A stretch of 53,844 bases of DNA from Candidatus Omnitrophota bacterium (GCA_043812495.1 JBDRMG010000010.1:1-53844), one strand, 5' to 3'. Shown: positions 43,075 through 51,942, counted from the stretch's first letter. The notes: generated from the letters alone by a model not told the origin. Numbers and translations are program-made.

Positions 43075-43359
43075 GAAAAAGGTGCAGCTTGGGTTCAAGA
43101 TTCTAGTGCAACACCTTTCCTCTGTTATTTTAACAGATTAAGGTTTTGCGTTAGTCATTTGAACTTAAGGACATTGTCGATAGCCATTTGGCAGGCAAAG
43201 ACTTACAAAAATAATCCGGGAGAAAGGATTTTGTCCGCAACATCTTGGCCCATGAGATATTGCGGACAACGTCTAGCCGGTTATATAGCCGGTTAGTCGG
43301 AATTTTTGGCCGGAATTTCCTGCCCAATCCTTAAAAATTCTTAGACTACAAATTTTGAC

Positions 43360-43430
43360 TTGCATATGCGGAGAATATGTGTTATATTCTACGCATTAGA
43401 TGCGGAGAATCAATTAGTCTTTTTCCGCAC
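43360..43430 (+). promoter_or_regulatory. Fic promoter overlapped by two TGCGGAGAA inverted-repeat operators
   Basis: TTGCAT-N17-TATATT; ATGCGGAGAATA/TATTCTACGCAT and ATGCGGAGAA/TTTTCCGCA dyads. Confidence 0.6.
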
Positions 43431-43450
43431 AATACAGAAGGAAAACGGAG

Positions 43451-44620
43451 ATGAAATACATTCACCAATTAGATAGTTGGCCGAAATTCACATGGAGCCA
43501 TGAACAGATTGCCTCCGTTCTGGGGTCTGTGCGTAATCGCCAGGGTCGGTTCATCGGACGCATGGAGGCGTTGGGCTTCTCCTTACGTTCCGAGGCTATG
43601 TTAAGAACCATCACGCTTGATGTTGTTAAGAGCAGCGAAATCGAAGGAGAGATTCTCGATCCGCAAAAGGTGCGTTCATCTATTGCGCGCAGATTAGGTA
43701 TAGACATCGGCGGGCTTGTCCCTTCCGACCGTTATGTTGACGGTGTGGTCGAAATGATGCTGGATGCGACTCAGAATTTTGATAAACCGCTGACAGAAGA
43801 TCGATTATTTGATTGGCATGCCAGTTTATTCCCAACGGGACGTAGTGGAATGCATAAGATTATTGTCGGTGCTTGGCGTGATGATAGTCACGGTCCCATG
43901 AGGGTCGTGTCGGGCCCTATCGGTCGCGAGCGAGTTCATTTTGAAGCGCCGGAGGCCAGCTGCCTGAAAGGCGAAATGAAGAATTTCTTAACCTGGTTGA
44001 ACACTTCGACTTCGCACAGCGCCGATGGAACGAAAGACTTAGACCCTGTGCTCAAAGCGGGCATCGCGCATTTGTGGTTCGTGACGCTTCATCCTTTTGA
44101 GGACGGCAATGGACGGATAGCGCGCGCAATCGCGGATAATCAGCTTGCGCGCGCCGACGGAAGCCGGGAACGATTTTACAGTATGTCTGTCCAGATTCGT
44201 GAGGAGCGAAGTGCTTATTACGATGTTCTCGAGAAGACGCAGAAAATTACCCGTGTACCCAAAGATGACCTGCCTACAAGACAGCCAGGAATTGATATCA
44301 CCTTATGGCTCGTGTGGTTCTTGTCTTGCTTGAACCGGGCGCTTGATACAACGGAAAGCACGTTGTCCGGTGTGTTTAAAAAAGCAAGATTTTGGGAAAC
44401 TCATCCGGCCGGATCTCTTAATAGTCGCCAGCAAACCATGATTAACATGTTGTTTGAAGGTTTTAAAGGTAAGGTCACCTCATCCAAATGGGCGAAGATA
44501 ACAAAGTGTTCGCAGGACACGGCTCTGCGGGATATTCTCGATCTTGTCGATAAAAATATTCTTATCAAAGATCCCGCAGGCGGACGCAGTACAAGTTACT
44601 CGTTGGAAGATATGCAATAA
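43451..44620 (+). CDS. Fic family protein (DUF4172 N-terminus, C-terminal HTH)
   Basis: YIHQ..WPKFTW, SSEIEGE, canonical HPFEDGNGRIAR, KCSQDTALRDI..GGRSTSY. Confidence 0.95.
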   Translation: MKYIHQLDSWPKFTWSHEQIASVLGSVRNRQGRFIGRMEALGFSLRSEAMLRTITLDVVKSSEIEGEILDPQKVRSSIARRLGIDIGGLVPSDRYVDGVVEMMLDATQNFDKPLTEDRLFDWHASLFPTGRSGMHKIIVGAWRDDSHGPMRVVSGPIGRERVHFEAPEASCLKGEMKNFLTWLNTSTSHSADGTKDLDPVLKAGIAHLWFVTLHPFEDGNGRIARAIADNQLARADGSRERFYSMSVQIREERSAYYDVLEKTQKITRVPKDDLPTRQPGIDITLWLVWFLSCLNRALDTTESTLSGVFKKARFWETHPAGSLNSRQQTMINMLFEGFKGKVTSSKWAKITKCSQDTALRDILDLVDKNILIKDPAGGRSTSYSLEDMQ

Positions 44621-44649
44621 TTAAGACCGTTTCTAATCAAATAGTCAAT

Positions 44650-44748
44650 AGGGACAGGTCCCGATTCTAACCCAGACCTGTCTCCGAGGGGACACATCCA
44701 AAATCAGTTCGGGACCTGTCCCTAAAAGGGACAAGGGGGCAGTCACCT
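44650..44748. repeat. GGGACAGGTCCC/GGGACCTGTCCC-type palindromic cluster
   Basis: Inverted AGGGACAGGTCCCGA..TCGGGACCTGTCCCT plus GGGGGCAGTCACCT (also at about 46613). Confidence 0.65.
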
Positions 44749-44969
44749 GAAAATCGTATTTTCCCCCTTTTTCGTCCCTGTTTTCGTATTTCCTTGAATA
44801 GGGGATCAAGTAAATACGATCATACTGCGATCATACTATTTCTACTAATATAAGCCGGGTTGTGGTATACTAATCATCAGATTAGCTGATCTTATTCTCC
44901 TTCGCCTTACGAATGGAACATAATGGTACAGGCTTCGGAGAATTATTCTGAGTAGAATATTCTACGAAG

Positions 44970-45098
44970 TTCTCCTTCGCTAAAGTTCGACTTCGCTCTT
45001 CGAGCTTCGTCGAAATCTCGCCGAAGCATGAAATGCGAAGACGGACTACGGAGAATCCTTCGAAGTCCGCCAACGAAACAATGGCGGACGAAGAAGGA
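44970..45098. repeat. Nested CTTCGCTAAAG/CTACG palindrome cluster
   Basis: TTCTCCTTCGCTAAAG[insert]CTACGGAGAA followed by TCCTTC..GTCCGCC..GGCGGAC..GAAGGA hairpin. Confidence 0.65.
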
Positions 45099-45138
45099 CA
45101 TATACTATTATTTCCATTGGTTATGCGAAGTAGAATAA

Positions 45139-45177
45139 GCCGCAAAGGAGACCACTAACCTTTGCGGTTTTTTTATT
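45139..45177 (+). promoter_or_regulatory. Leader terminator/attenuator shared with both csp leaders
   Basis: GCCGCAAAGG-AGACCACTAA-CCTTTGCGGT followed by a T tract. Confidence 0.7.
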
Positions 45178-45201
45178 CGGCTCTCTTTAAGGAAAGGAAA
45201 T

Positions 45202-45369
45202 ATGATCAAACCGGTAAAAGTTTTTCGTAAAGGAAGAAAATGCAAACATCCGCGATGCCAACACATCTTGAGTATTTATAATAGTGATACTTATTGCAAT
45301 ATTCATTCCGACTACGTATCGCAGGAACAACGGGTTCAGAAAACAACCGCTAGATCAGGCACAAAATGA
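45202..45369 (+). CDS. 55-aa putative zinc-binding protein (not in ORF track)
   Basis: MIKPVKVFRKGRKCKHPRCQHILSIYNSDTYCNIH...; AAGGA RBS; ATGA overlap with the helicase. Confidence 0.7.
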   Translation: MIKPVKVFRKGRKCKHPRCQHILSIYNSDTYCNIHSDYVSQEQRVQKTTARSGTK

Positions 45370-46607
45370 ACAAAGCAAATGAACTATCACAGGGTTCCGT
45401 TTCCCCTTCGTCGAACTTTTATGGTCTGGGGATCGCCCCTAAGATCATGGAAACCATCGCCCAGCTAAAATTTACAAAGGCAACGCCCATCCAGCTTCGG
45501 GCGATCCCCATCGCTTTAGATAACAAAGATCTGATCGGCATCGCGCAGACCGGGACAGGCAAGACCATGGCTTTTGCAATTCCCATTGTCCAGAATCTCG
45601 CCCAAAATAAATCATGGGCTTTGATTTTGGTCCCGACCAGGGAGTTGGCGATTCAGGTCAAAGAGAGTGTTGCCAAGATCGCCGGTCCATTTGGCATAAA
45701 ATCTGCGGTTTTGATCGGGGGCGCATCAATCCACGCGCAGTTGAAGGCTCTTTCGCAACAGCCGCGGATCATAATCGCGACTCCGGGGCGGCTCATCGAT
45801 CTGATGCAGCAGAGGAAGATCCATCTGAACAAAGTGAGCATTCTGGTTTTGGATGAGGCCGATCGCATGTTGGACATGGGGTTTGCTCCACAGATTGCCA
45901 AGATCCTAAAGACTGTTCCGCTTAATCGGCAGACCATGCTTTTTTCGGCCACGATGCCTTCGACGATTGTCGGTATTGCCACCTCTTATATGAAATTTCC
46001 GGTCCAGGTGGAAATAGCCCCTCCGGGAACTTCGGCAGAAGATGTCTCGCATGAATTATTCATCATCCATCGGGAAAAAAAGAGAGAGGTTTTAGAGAAA
46101 TTGTTGCAGCAGTACAAGGGTTCGATTTTGTTGTTTTGCCGGACAAAAGTGGGAACAAAAAAGATCGCGCGCTTCATCCGGGGCCTGGGGCATCGCGCTG
46201 CGGAGATTCATTCGGACCGCTCGTTGTCTCAGCGTCAGGAGGCGATGGAGGGTTTCCGAATCGGGCGACATCGTATCCTGGCTGCAACCGATATCGCGGC
46301 TCGCGGCATTGACGTTGTGGGAATCGAACTCGTCATCAATTATGATATCCCGGAAGACCCGGAGAATTATATCCACCGCATCGGACGGACCGGGCGCGCC
46401 GGAAAGGCGGGTCATGCGATTTCATTGGCTACGCCGGACCAGGGGAGAGATGTCCGGAATATTGAACAGCTGCTCAAAATGGCTCTGCCGGTTACGCGGC
46501 ATTCCGATAGTGCCGTTGAGAAATTCGATAAGCCGAAAACGGTGTTTAGTGCCCAAAAAGTCCGTGGACGCTGGAAGATATCCTCCCGATATAGGAGTCG
46601 ACGTTAA
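45366..46607 (+). CDS. DEAD-box RNA helicase (RhlE-like)
   Basis: Q motif, AQTGTGKT, PTRELA, DEAD, SAT, ARGID, HRIGRTGRAG. Confidence 0.97.
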   Translation: MNKANELSQGSVSPSSNFYGLGIAPKIMETIAQLKFTKATPIQLRAIPIALDNKDLIGIAQTGTGKTMAFAIPIVQNLAQNKSWALILVPTRELAIQVKESVAKIAGPFGIKSAVLIGGASIHAQLKALSQQPRIIIATPGRLIDLMQQRKIHLNKVSILVLDEADRMLDMGFAPQIAKILKTVPLNRQTMLFSATMPSTIVGIATSYMKFPVQVEIAPPGTSAEDVSHELFIIHREKKREVLEKLLQQYKGSILLFCRTKVGTKKIARFIRGLGHRAAEIHSDRSLSQRQEAMEGFRIGRHRILAATDIAARGIDVVGIELVINYDIPEDPENYIHRIGRTGRAGKAGHAISLATPDQGRDVRNIEQLLKMALPVTRHSDSAVEKFDKPKTVFSAQKVRGRWKISSRYRSRR

Positions 46608-46668
46608 TGATAGGGGGCAGTCACCTGTCATTTATCATTAAGGTAAAACCGTTAACCAAAACTATGTG

Positions 46669-46773
46669 TTGACAAAACAGCAATAGTAGCGCATACTCTG
46701 CTTGAGTAAATAAGGGAAAAGGAATCTTAGATCGCAAGGTAGAAGGTCACTTATCTTGCGATTTTTTGTTTTT
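46669..46773 (+). promoter_or_regulatory. csp promoter and structured leader with terminator hairpin
   Basis: TTGACA-N17-CATACT; AATAAGGGAAAAGGAA; ATCGCAAGG..CACTTATCTTGCGAT then T tract. Confidence 0.75.
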
Positions 46774-46821
46774 CAGCTTGCCGTTATTTACTTAATTTGC
46801 TTAAAAAGGAGGTTGTCAATA

Positions 46822-47022
46822 ATGGCAAAAGGAAAAGTGAAATGGTTCAATAACCAAAAAGGTTATGGCTTTATTACGCCGGAGTCAGGTCAAGATGTGT
46901 TTGTTCATCACAACGAAATTCAGGGTGACGGCTATAAGTCCTTAGACGAAGGCCAGGCAGTTGAATTTGACATTGCCCAAGGCCCCAAAGGCGAACAAGC
47001 CAAAAACGTACGTAAGGTATAA
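46822..47022 (+). CDS. Cold-shock protein (CspA family)
   Basis: GKVKWFN..KGYGFI, DVFVH; AGGAGG RBS. Confidence 0.97.
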   Translation: MAKGKVKWFNNQKGYGFITPESGQDVFVHHNEIQGDGYKSLDEGQAVEFDIAQGPKGEQAKNVRKV

Positions 47023-47074
47023 CGAAAAATGGGCTGGTTCATTCAACAACCCCTTTTATGAGAGGAAGACCGTA

Positions 47075-47383
47075 ATGAATATTTATATTGGGAATTTTTC
47101 CAGCGATGTCACAGAAGACGATTTGAGGCAGGCCTTTGAGAAGTTTGGACAGGTCGCGGACGTCAAGCTGATTAAGGACAAATACAGCGGTGAATCCAGA
47201 GGATTCGGATTCATCGAGATGCCCTCAAAAAAAGAAGCCGAGGAAGCGATGAACGGCACTAAGGAACTGAAAGGACGCATGGTTGTCGTCAACGAGGCCC
47301 GACCGCGTTCTTCAGATTCGCGCGGCGCAGGAAGGCAAGGTTCAGGACACCGCGGCGGATATTCAAGAGAAGGACGCTATTAA
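47075..47383 (+). CDS. RRM RNA-binding protein with Gly/Arg-rich tail
   Basis: MNIYIGN (RNP2), RGFGFIEM (RNP1), VNEARPR. Confidence 0.95.
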   Translation: MNIYIGNFSSDVTEDDLRQAFEKFGQVADVKLIKDKYSGESRGFGFIEMPSKKEAEEAMNGTKELKGRMVVVNEARPRSSDSRGAGRQGSGHRGGYSREGRY

Positions 47384-47386
47384 TTT

Positions 47387-47503
47387 CGCAGCCAATCACA
47401 AGGCCCCCGCCCGCCATTGAATCAATGGCGGGCGGGGGCCTTTCTTGTGAATAGGTTGCGCTTCTTTGCCTTCCACATTCAGAAAAGGCAAAGGAGTGAA
47501 ACC
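47387..47503 (+). terminator. Composite REP hairpin terminator after the RRM gene
   Basis: AGGCCCCCGCCCGCCATTGAATCAATGGCGGGCGGGGGCCTTTC; right half repeated at 41613-41697. Confidence 0.7.
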
Positions 47504-47626
47504 GGATGAATTTAAGGGCAGTCAGTAAACTAGAATATTGGCTGCCTTTTTAGAAAATAAGGAAAGCCCGAATTCTTGATAGCACCAGTGTCCCCGCTCG
47601 ATTTTGAGCTGGGACACTTTATTATC

Positions 47627-47758
47627 CCCTGTTTCAGAAACTACGCCCGTGAGGGCGTAGAATGAAAGGGGTCCGCTATCGCGAATATTTATAGATAGCG
47701 GACAAGCGAAGCTTGAATTTTAGTAAAATGCTACGGCCGTGAGGCCGTAGAAGTTTAC
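47627..47758 (+). mobile_element. Putative non-autonomous IS200/IS605-like miniature element
   Basis: Two related hairpins CTACGCCCGTGAGGGCGTAG and CTACGGCCGTGAGGCCGTAG, the second ending AAGTTTAC like IS605 right ends. Confidence 0.5.
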
Positions 47759-47881
47759 TTATTAGGCCTTGTGGAGTATAATATCTTCAATACCCAGCCT
47801 TATGAAGGAGAATGGTAGAAGGAAAGGGGTAGTCATCTTTTAGTTGGCCGCCTCGTATGCTGAAAGATACTTTTGTATAAA

Positions 47882-48152
47882 GAAATAGCATCATTGTATT
47901 TGTTTCATCCCTGTCCTTTTGCCTTCGGCAAAAGGACAGGGATAATTCGGTCATGCACTTATGTTTCCGCCGAAATCTTTGATTTCGGCCCGCTTCGCCA
48001 AAGCTCAGCGAGGCGAGCGAGGTCTCACCAGATCGCCTTACGGCAACCTGGCGGACTTTCGCTTCCTGTCTGCCGACAGGCAGGCGCTAAACGATGTTTC
48101 AGTTGCACAACGATGTTTCAGTTGCACAATCCATAAGTGCAGACCTCATTAA
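47882..48152 (+). repeat. Modular double-hairpin element, copy 11 (hairpin B expanded by nested palindromes)
   Basis: GAAATA-N9-TATTTG, CCCTGTCC..GGACAGGG, ATAATTCG, GCACTTATG[about 170 nt]CATAAGTGC, CTCATTAA then AAGGAGG. Confidence 0.9.
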
Positions 48153-48164
48153 AAGGAGGGTGGC

Positions 48165-48221
48165 ATGAGCAAAGGAAGAGATAAACCAAAGAAAGAGAAG
48201 AAGAAACAAAAAAAACGATAA
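48165..48221 (+). CDS. 18-aa lysine-rich micropeptide MSKGRDKPKKEKKKQKKR
   Basis: AAGGAGG RBS at good spacing; followed by strong hairpin 48231-48267. Confidence 0.5.
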   Translation: MSKGRDKPKKEKKKQKKR

Positions 48222-48286
48222 CAATAAACAGGGGGCACGGACCTCCTCGAAGGAGGTCCGTGCCCCCAAAAGCAGATCCGACTTTT

Positions 48287-49303
48287 ATGAAATCATTTCT
48301 TAAAAAAACTTTCCTTTTATTTTGCATTATTCTTTTTTTGAGCGTTACGGGTTTTTTGATTCTTTGCTATTCTTCCCGGACATTAGAAGGCCTTATCACC
48401 TTCGGCGGTAACCGTTTTCAGAAAGAAATCACAATCCGCAAATTCACCATCACAAAACAAACTTACGATTTCCCTAAAAAGTTAACTTTTCAGAATGTGT
48501 CCTTATTATTCGACAGGGAGCAAGAGGCCTATTCGCTTGATTTCAAGACGATCGAATTATCCGGACTTTTTGGGCTTATCTTTAAGAACCATCCTGTCGC
48601 TCTTCAAGCCGAAGGTGGTCTTTTCGAAACTTCGGCATTTTGCCTAGAAGGTTTGGAGGTGAATCTGAAGACCACAGACACAAAAGTCTGGAAAGGGCCG
48701 GTTCTTATCAAAAAAGCGAAGGCGAGCGGATTTGAGGCGACAAATATCAGCGGGAATGCCGAAGTTCAATCCCAAAAAGCCGTTGTTTCGGACATCAAGG
48801 GAAGTTCCTATCGAGGGAAAGTCACCGGAAGGCTGACCGTTCATTTTGCGCCGGATGTCCGTTACGAGGCGGATATCGCCTTTCAAGATTTAGACACTCA
48901 TGAGATGGAAAGTATCAACCCCTCTTTGTTTTCGCAGGTGCGCGGGCAAATCTACGGGACGATTCTTATCCGGGGTCCGGCCGGCGGCCTTGAAACGATT
49001 CAGATGAACATGCAATTAGGAGAGGGGGCTGAGCTTCTGGCCGGCGTTCTTCAGCCTTTGCTGAAGCATATTCCTAAAAGCACCCAGCGAAAAGAGATTC
49101 AGGCCGCTATTAAAGAAGGCCGGATGATTGGAATCAATGATGCCGCATTGACTCTCGGCAACAGTGATGATAAAACTGTCTCTACGGAAATTCTACTCAA
49201 AAGCAAGGCCCTGAACATCGATGTGGACGTTAAAATAGATGTTAACATAGAAGGGGGTCTGCAAAATCTTTTGAAAACTGTTCTTCAATTTTACCATCCA
49301 TGA
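48287..49303 (+). CDS. AsmA-like / YdbH-like membrane-anchored protein
   Basis: N-terminal TM, beta-rich body (YRGKVTG.L); upstream of ynbE/ydbL-like genes. Confidence 0.7.
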   Translation: MKSFLKKTFLLFCIILFLSVTGFLILCYSSRTLEGLITFGGNRFQKEITIRKFTITKQTYDFPKKLTFQNVSLLFDREQEAYSLDFKTIELSGLFGLIFKNHPVALQAEGGLFETSAFCLEGLEVNLKTTDTKVWKGPVLIKKAKASGFEATNISGNAEVQSQKAVVSDIKGSSYRGKVTGRLTVHFAPDVRYEADIAFQDLDTHEMESINPSLFSQVRGQIYGTILIRGPAGGLETIQMNMQLGEGAELLAGVLQPLLKHIPKSTQRKEIQAAIKEGRMIGINDAALTLGNSDDKTVSTEILLKSKALNIDVDVKIDVNIEGGLQNLLKTVLQFYHP

Positions 49304-49509
49304 GGCCATGATGTGCAACTGAAATATCGTGTGCAACTGAAATATCGTTTATGCCTGCCTGCCGTCAGGCAGGGAGTCCGCCGGATTAAAGTGCAAACGA
49401 TGTTTCAGTTGCACAGCCAATGATGTGAGGTGGACGACATAAGTCATTCGGCCGAATTGACCTCGCTTGCCTTAGTTTTTGCTTTGGACAAGCTGAGGCA
49501 AACGAGGGG
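49298..49509 (-). repeat. Modular double-hairpin element, copy 12
   Basis: ATGAGGCC..GGCCGAATTGA-CCTCG..CGAGG; its ATGAG supplies the stop codon of 48287-49303; shares 19-mers with copy 11. Confidence 0.8.
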
Positions 49510-49528
49510 AAAGAAAGGATAAAAGTCT

Positions 49529-49738
49529 ATGCGTTATCGAGCTACTACAGGATTATGTTGTTTGCTTCTGTTTTTGCTCTCAGGTTGCACGGTTAAGGCC
49601 GTCGGAGATCCGAAGAGACCAATCACCATCGACGCCCATATTACGATAGATATCAAGGGCCTGCAGAACACGGCTGCCGATATCGAGGATTATGTCAGCG
49701 GTAAAAAGTCAAAAGATAGTTTACCTATAGAAAAATAA
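49529..49738 (+). CDS. YnbE-like lipoprotein
   Basis: Lipobox LSGC; PITIDAHITIDI. Confidence 0.7.
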   Translation: MRYRATTGLCCLLLFLLSGCTVKAVGDPKRPITIDAHITIDIKGLQNTAADIEDYVSGKKSKDSLPIEK

Positions 49739-49748
49739 GGAGGAACGC

Positions 49749-50162
49749 ATGCGTAAGAGATTAGCGATCATTTATTTTGGCTGTTTATTTTTTATCCTTG
49801 GTATGTCTCCGGGCGCTTTTGCGCAAGAGAAATACACTATCAAAGAAATGACGCCGTCTGTCATAGCCGCGTTAGAAAACCGGCGGAACCGTTATGACGA
49901 ACTTCAAGAGCTTAAAAAAGAGGGGAAAATCGGGGAGACCAATCAAGGGTATGTGAAAGCATTCTCAGATGAAGGCAGCGTGCAATCTATGGCGGATGCC
50001 GAGAACCATGACAGAGAAATGATTTACCGGACGATCGCCGAACAAAATGGTTTAACCGCTGCTTTGAATACCATCGAGAAGGTGTTTGCCCAAACCCAGC
50101 GCGATAATGCCGAGCACGGAGAAAAGATACAATTGGACAACGGCAGCTGGGCCACCAAATAG
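49749..50162 (+). CDS. YdbL (DUF1318) family exported protein
   Basis: Signal peptide; IGETNQGYV, AENHDR..IY..IA, G.W. Confidence 0.85.
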   Translation: MRKRLAIIYFGCLFFILGMSPGAFAQEKYTIKEMTPSVIAALENRRNRYDELQELKKEGKIGETNQGYVKAFSDEGSVQSMADAENHDREMIYRTIAEQNGLTAALNTIEKVFAQTQRDNAEHGEKIQLDNGSWATK

Positions 50163-50254
50163 CATAGAAACAAAAATAGGTCACCGTTATAGGAAAGTCA
50201 GAGAAAGGTGATAGCAGTCTTTTGGGTGACTGCCATCTATAATTTAAATATCGA

Positions 50255-50350
50255 GGGGACGGCCCACCACTGATTCAATGGTGGGCCGTCCCCATTTCTT
50301 TTTAAATCGGAAGAAGAAGGGTGCAGTTCCCTCGAGGGAACTGCACCCTT
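50255..50350. repeat. Two palindromes (REP with TGATTCA loop; AAGGGTGCAGTTCCCTCGAGGGAACTGCACCCTT)
   Basis: Near-perfect inverted repeats visible directly. Confidence 0.75.
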
Positions 50351-50495
50351 TGACCTTCGAAAAAATTTGATCAACATATCTCCCAAGCAATTTCACACAG
50401 ACAGGCTTTATTTATCAGGCAATGTGCAGTATAATATCGTCGTCATTAAGTTCCTTTATCAATTTTTATTTTTGAAATTACATATCTGTAAAATC

Positions 50496-51503
50496 ATGAA
50501 ACATTCTCGTAATCCGAATAATTCGCACAAACCAAGCCATTCTATAAGCCATTATGTTACGGTTGAAAAGGCCAAACACCACGCGGAAGTTCTTGCCAAC
50601 CGCATCCGCAAACGTTTCCGTCATCTGTCGCGACGGTTCAAGCGACAGAATATCGATTGTTTTCGCCTGTATGATTGGGACATCAAAGAGGTGCGCGCCG
50701 TGGTAGATTGGTACGCGGGTCATGTGGTGGTTGCCGAATACGAGCGCCTGCAAACCGGACCCACATGGCTTCCTCAGATGGCTGAAGCTGTGGGTCAGGC
50801 CCTGGACCTTCCTAAGGACCATGTTCACATCAAGCGCCGACGAACAAATCCCAAACAGGGACCGCGTTACGCCAAAATGGCCTCCAAAGGTTTGCGTTTT
50901 TCAGTTTGCGAAAGGGACCTTCGTTTCTGGATTAATCTGGATGATTTTTTAGATACCGGTTTGTACTCGGATCATAGGGATACTCGCATGATCATAAGAA
51001 AACTCGCGTCCGGCAAAGATTTCCTTAATCTCTACGCGTACACAGGCGCGTTTACGTGTGCGGCTGTGGCCGGAGGGGCTCAAACAACGGTGACCGTGGA
51101 CCGCTCAGCCACTTACCTGAAATGGGCTAAGGATAATCTGGAATTAAACGGACTTGAGGGACCGCAGCATACTTTGGTTCAATCCGATGTCATGAAATAT
51201 CTCACCCAGGCTTACCGTGCAGGCCGTCGATTTACACTGGCGTTTGTCGATCCGCCATCGTTTTCTAAGGACCATACGAAGGGTGTATCTTTTGACATCA
51301 ACCGGGATCATCCGGAATTGATCAGAAGCGTCCTAAAAGTCATGGCACCGGGGTCACAGGTCTTTTTCTCGACAAACCATCAGCGTTTTGAGCCCCAATT
51401 CAATAATCTTCCCGTCAAGGAATTGACGGAGATGACCCCCAAGACGATTCCCGAAGACTTTCGCAACCGCCGCGTTCATCGTTGCTGGCAGATAACGGCA
51501 TGA
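50496..51503 (+). CDS. SAM-dependent rRNA methyltransferase, stand-alone RlmK-like (C-terminal half of RlmKL)
   Basis: ANRIRK, FRLYD.DI.E, DFLDTGLYSDHR, FLNLYAYTG, VDPPSFS, TIPEDF. Confidence 0.88.
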   Translation: MKHSRNPNNSHKPSHSISHYVTVEKAKHHAEVLANRIRKRFRHLSRRFKRQNIDCFRLYDWDIKEVRAVVDWYAGHVVVAEYERLQTGPTWLPQMAEAVGQALDLPKDHVHIKRRRTNPKQGPRYAKMASKGLRFSVCERDLRFWINLDDFLDTGLYSDHRDTRMIIRKLASGKDFLNLYAYTGAFTCAAVAGGAQTTVTVDRSATYLKWAKDNLELNGLEGPQHTLVQSDVMKYLTQAYRAGRRFTLAFVDPPSFSKDHTKGVSFDINRDHPELIRSVLKVMAPGSQVFFSTNHQRFEPQFNNLPVKELTEMTPKTIPEDFRNRRVHRCWQITA

Positions 51504-51573
51504 CAAAAATATTCGCTTAAGAAATCGAACAAGCCTCTAGTGGATCTCATATTTATTAAGGGAGAATTATCTC

Positions 51574-51680
51574 TTGACAAACCCGCACATTTCATTCATA
51601 CTTTCACATAGAGTTAATAAGGAAAAGGAAACTTAGACCGTAAGGGAAGAGCACCTAACCTTGCGGTTTCTTTGTTTTCT
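51574..51680 (+). promoter_or_regulatory. Second csp promoter and structured leader
   Basis: TTGACA-N17-CATACT; AATAAGGAAAAGGAA; ACCGTAAGG..CACCTAACCTTGCGGT then T-rich tract. Confidence 0.75.
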
Positions 51681-51727
51681 TGGTAAGCCATTATGACTCA
51701 AGTTCATTTGAAAGGAGGTTGTCCATA

Positions 51728-51928
51728 ATGGTCAAAGGAAAAGTAAAATGGTTTAATAACCAAAAAGGTTATGGCTTTATTTCACCGGAATCAGGAGCTG
51801 ATGTTTTTGTGCATCACAGTGCGATTCAGGGTGACGGCTATAAATCGTTAGACGAAGGACAGGAAGTTGAGTTCGAAATCACGGATGGTCCCAAAGGTCA
51901 ACAAGCCATCAATGTTATGAAGGCATAA
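51728..51928 (+). CDS. Cold-shock protein (CspA family), paralog of 46822-47022
   Basis: [31 protein letters not shown]. Confidence 0.97.
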   Translation: MVKGKVKWFNNQKGYGFISPESGADVFVHHSAIQGDGYKSLDEGQEVEFEITDGPKGQQAINVMKA

Positions 51929-51942
51929 CAAAGAAATAGAGA

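Noticed and set aside
48091..49415. 19-nt repeats ACGATRTTTCAGTTGCACA as a CRISPR array
   Set aside because: Units are abutting or inverted with no spacers; no cas genes.
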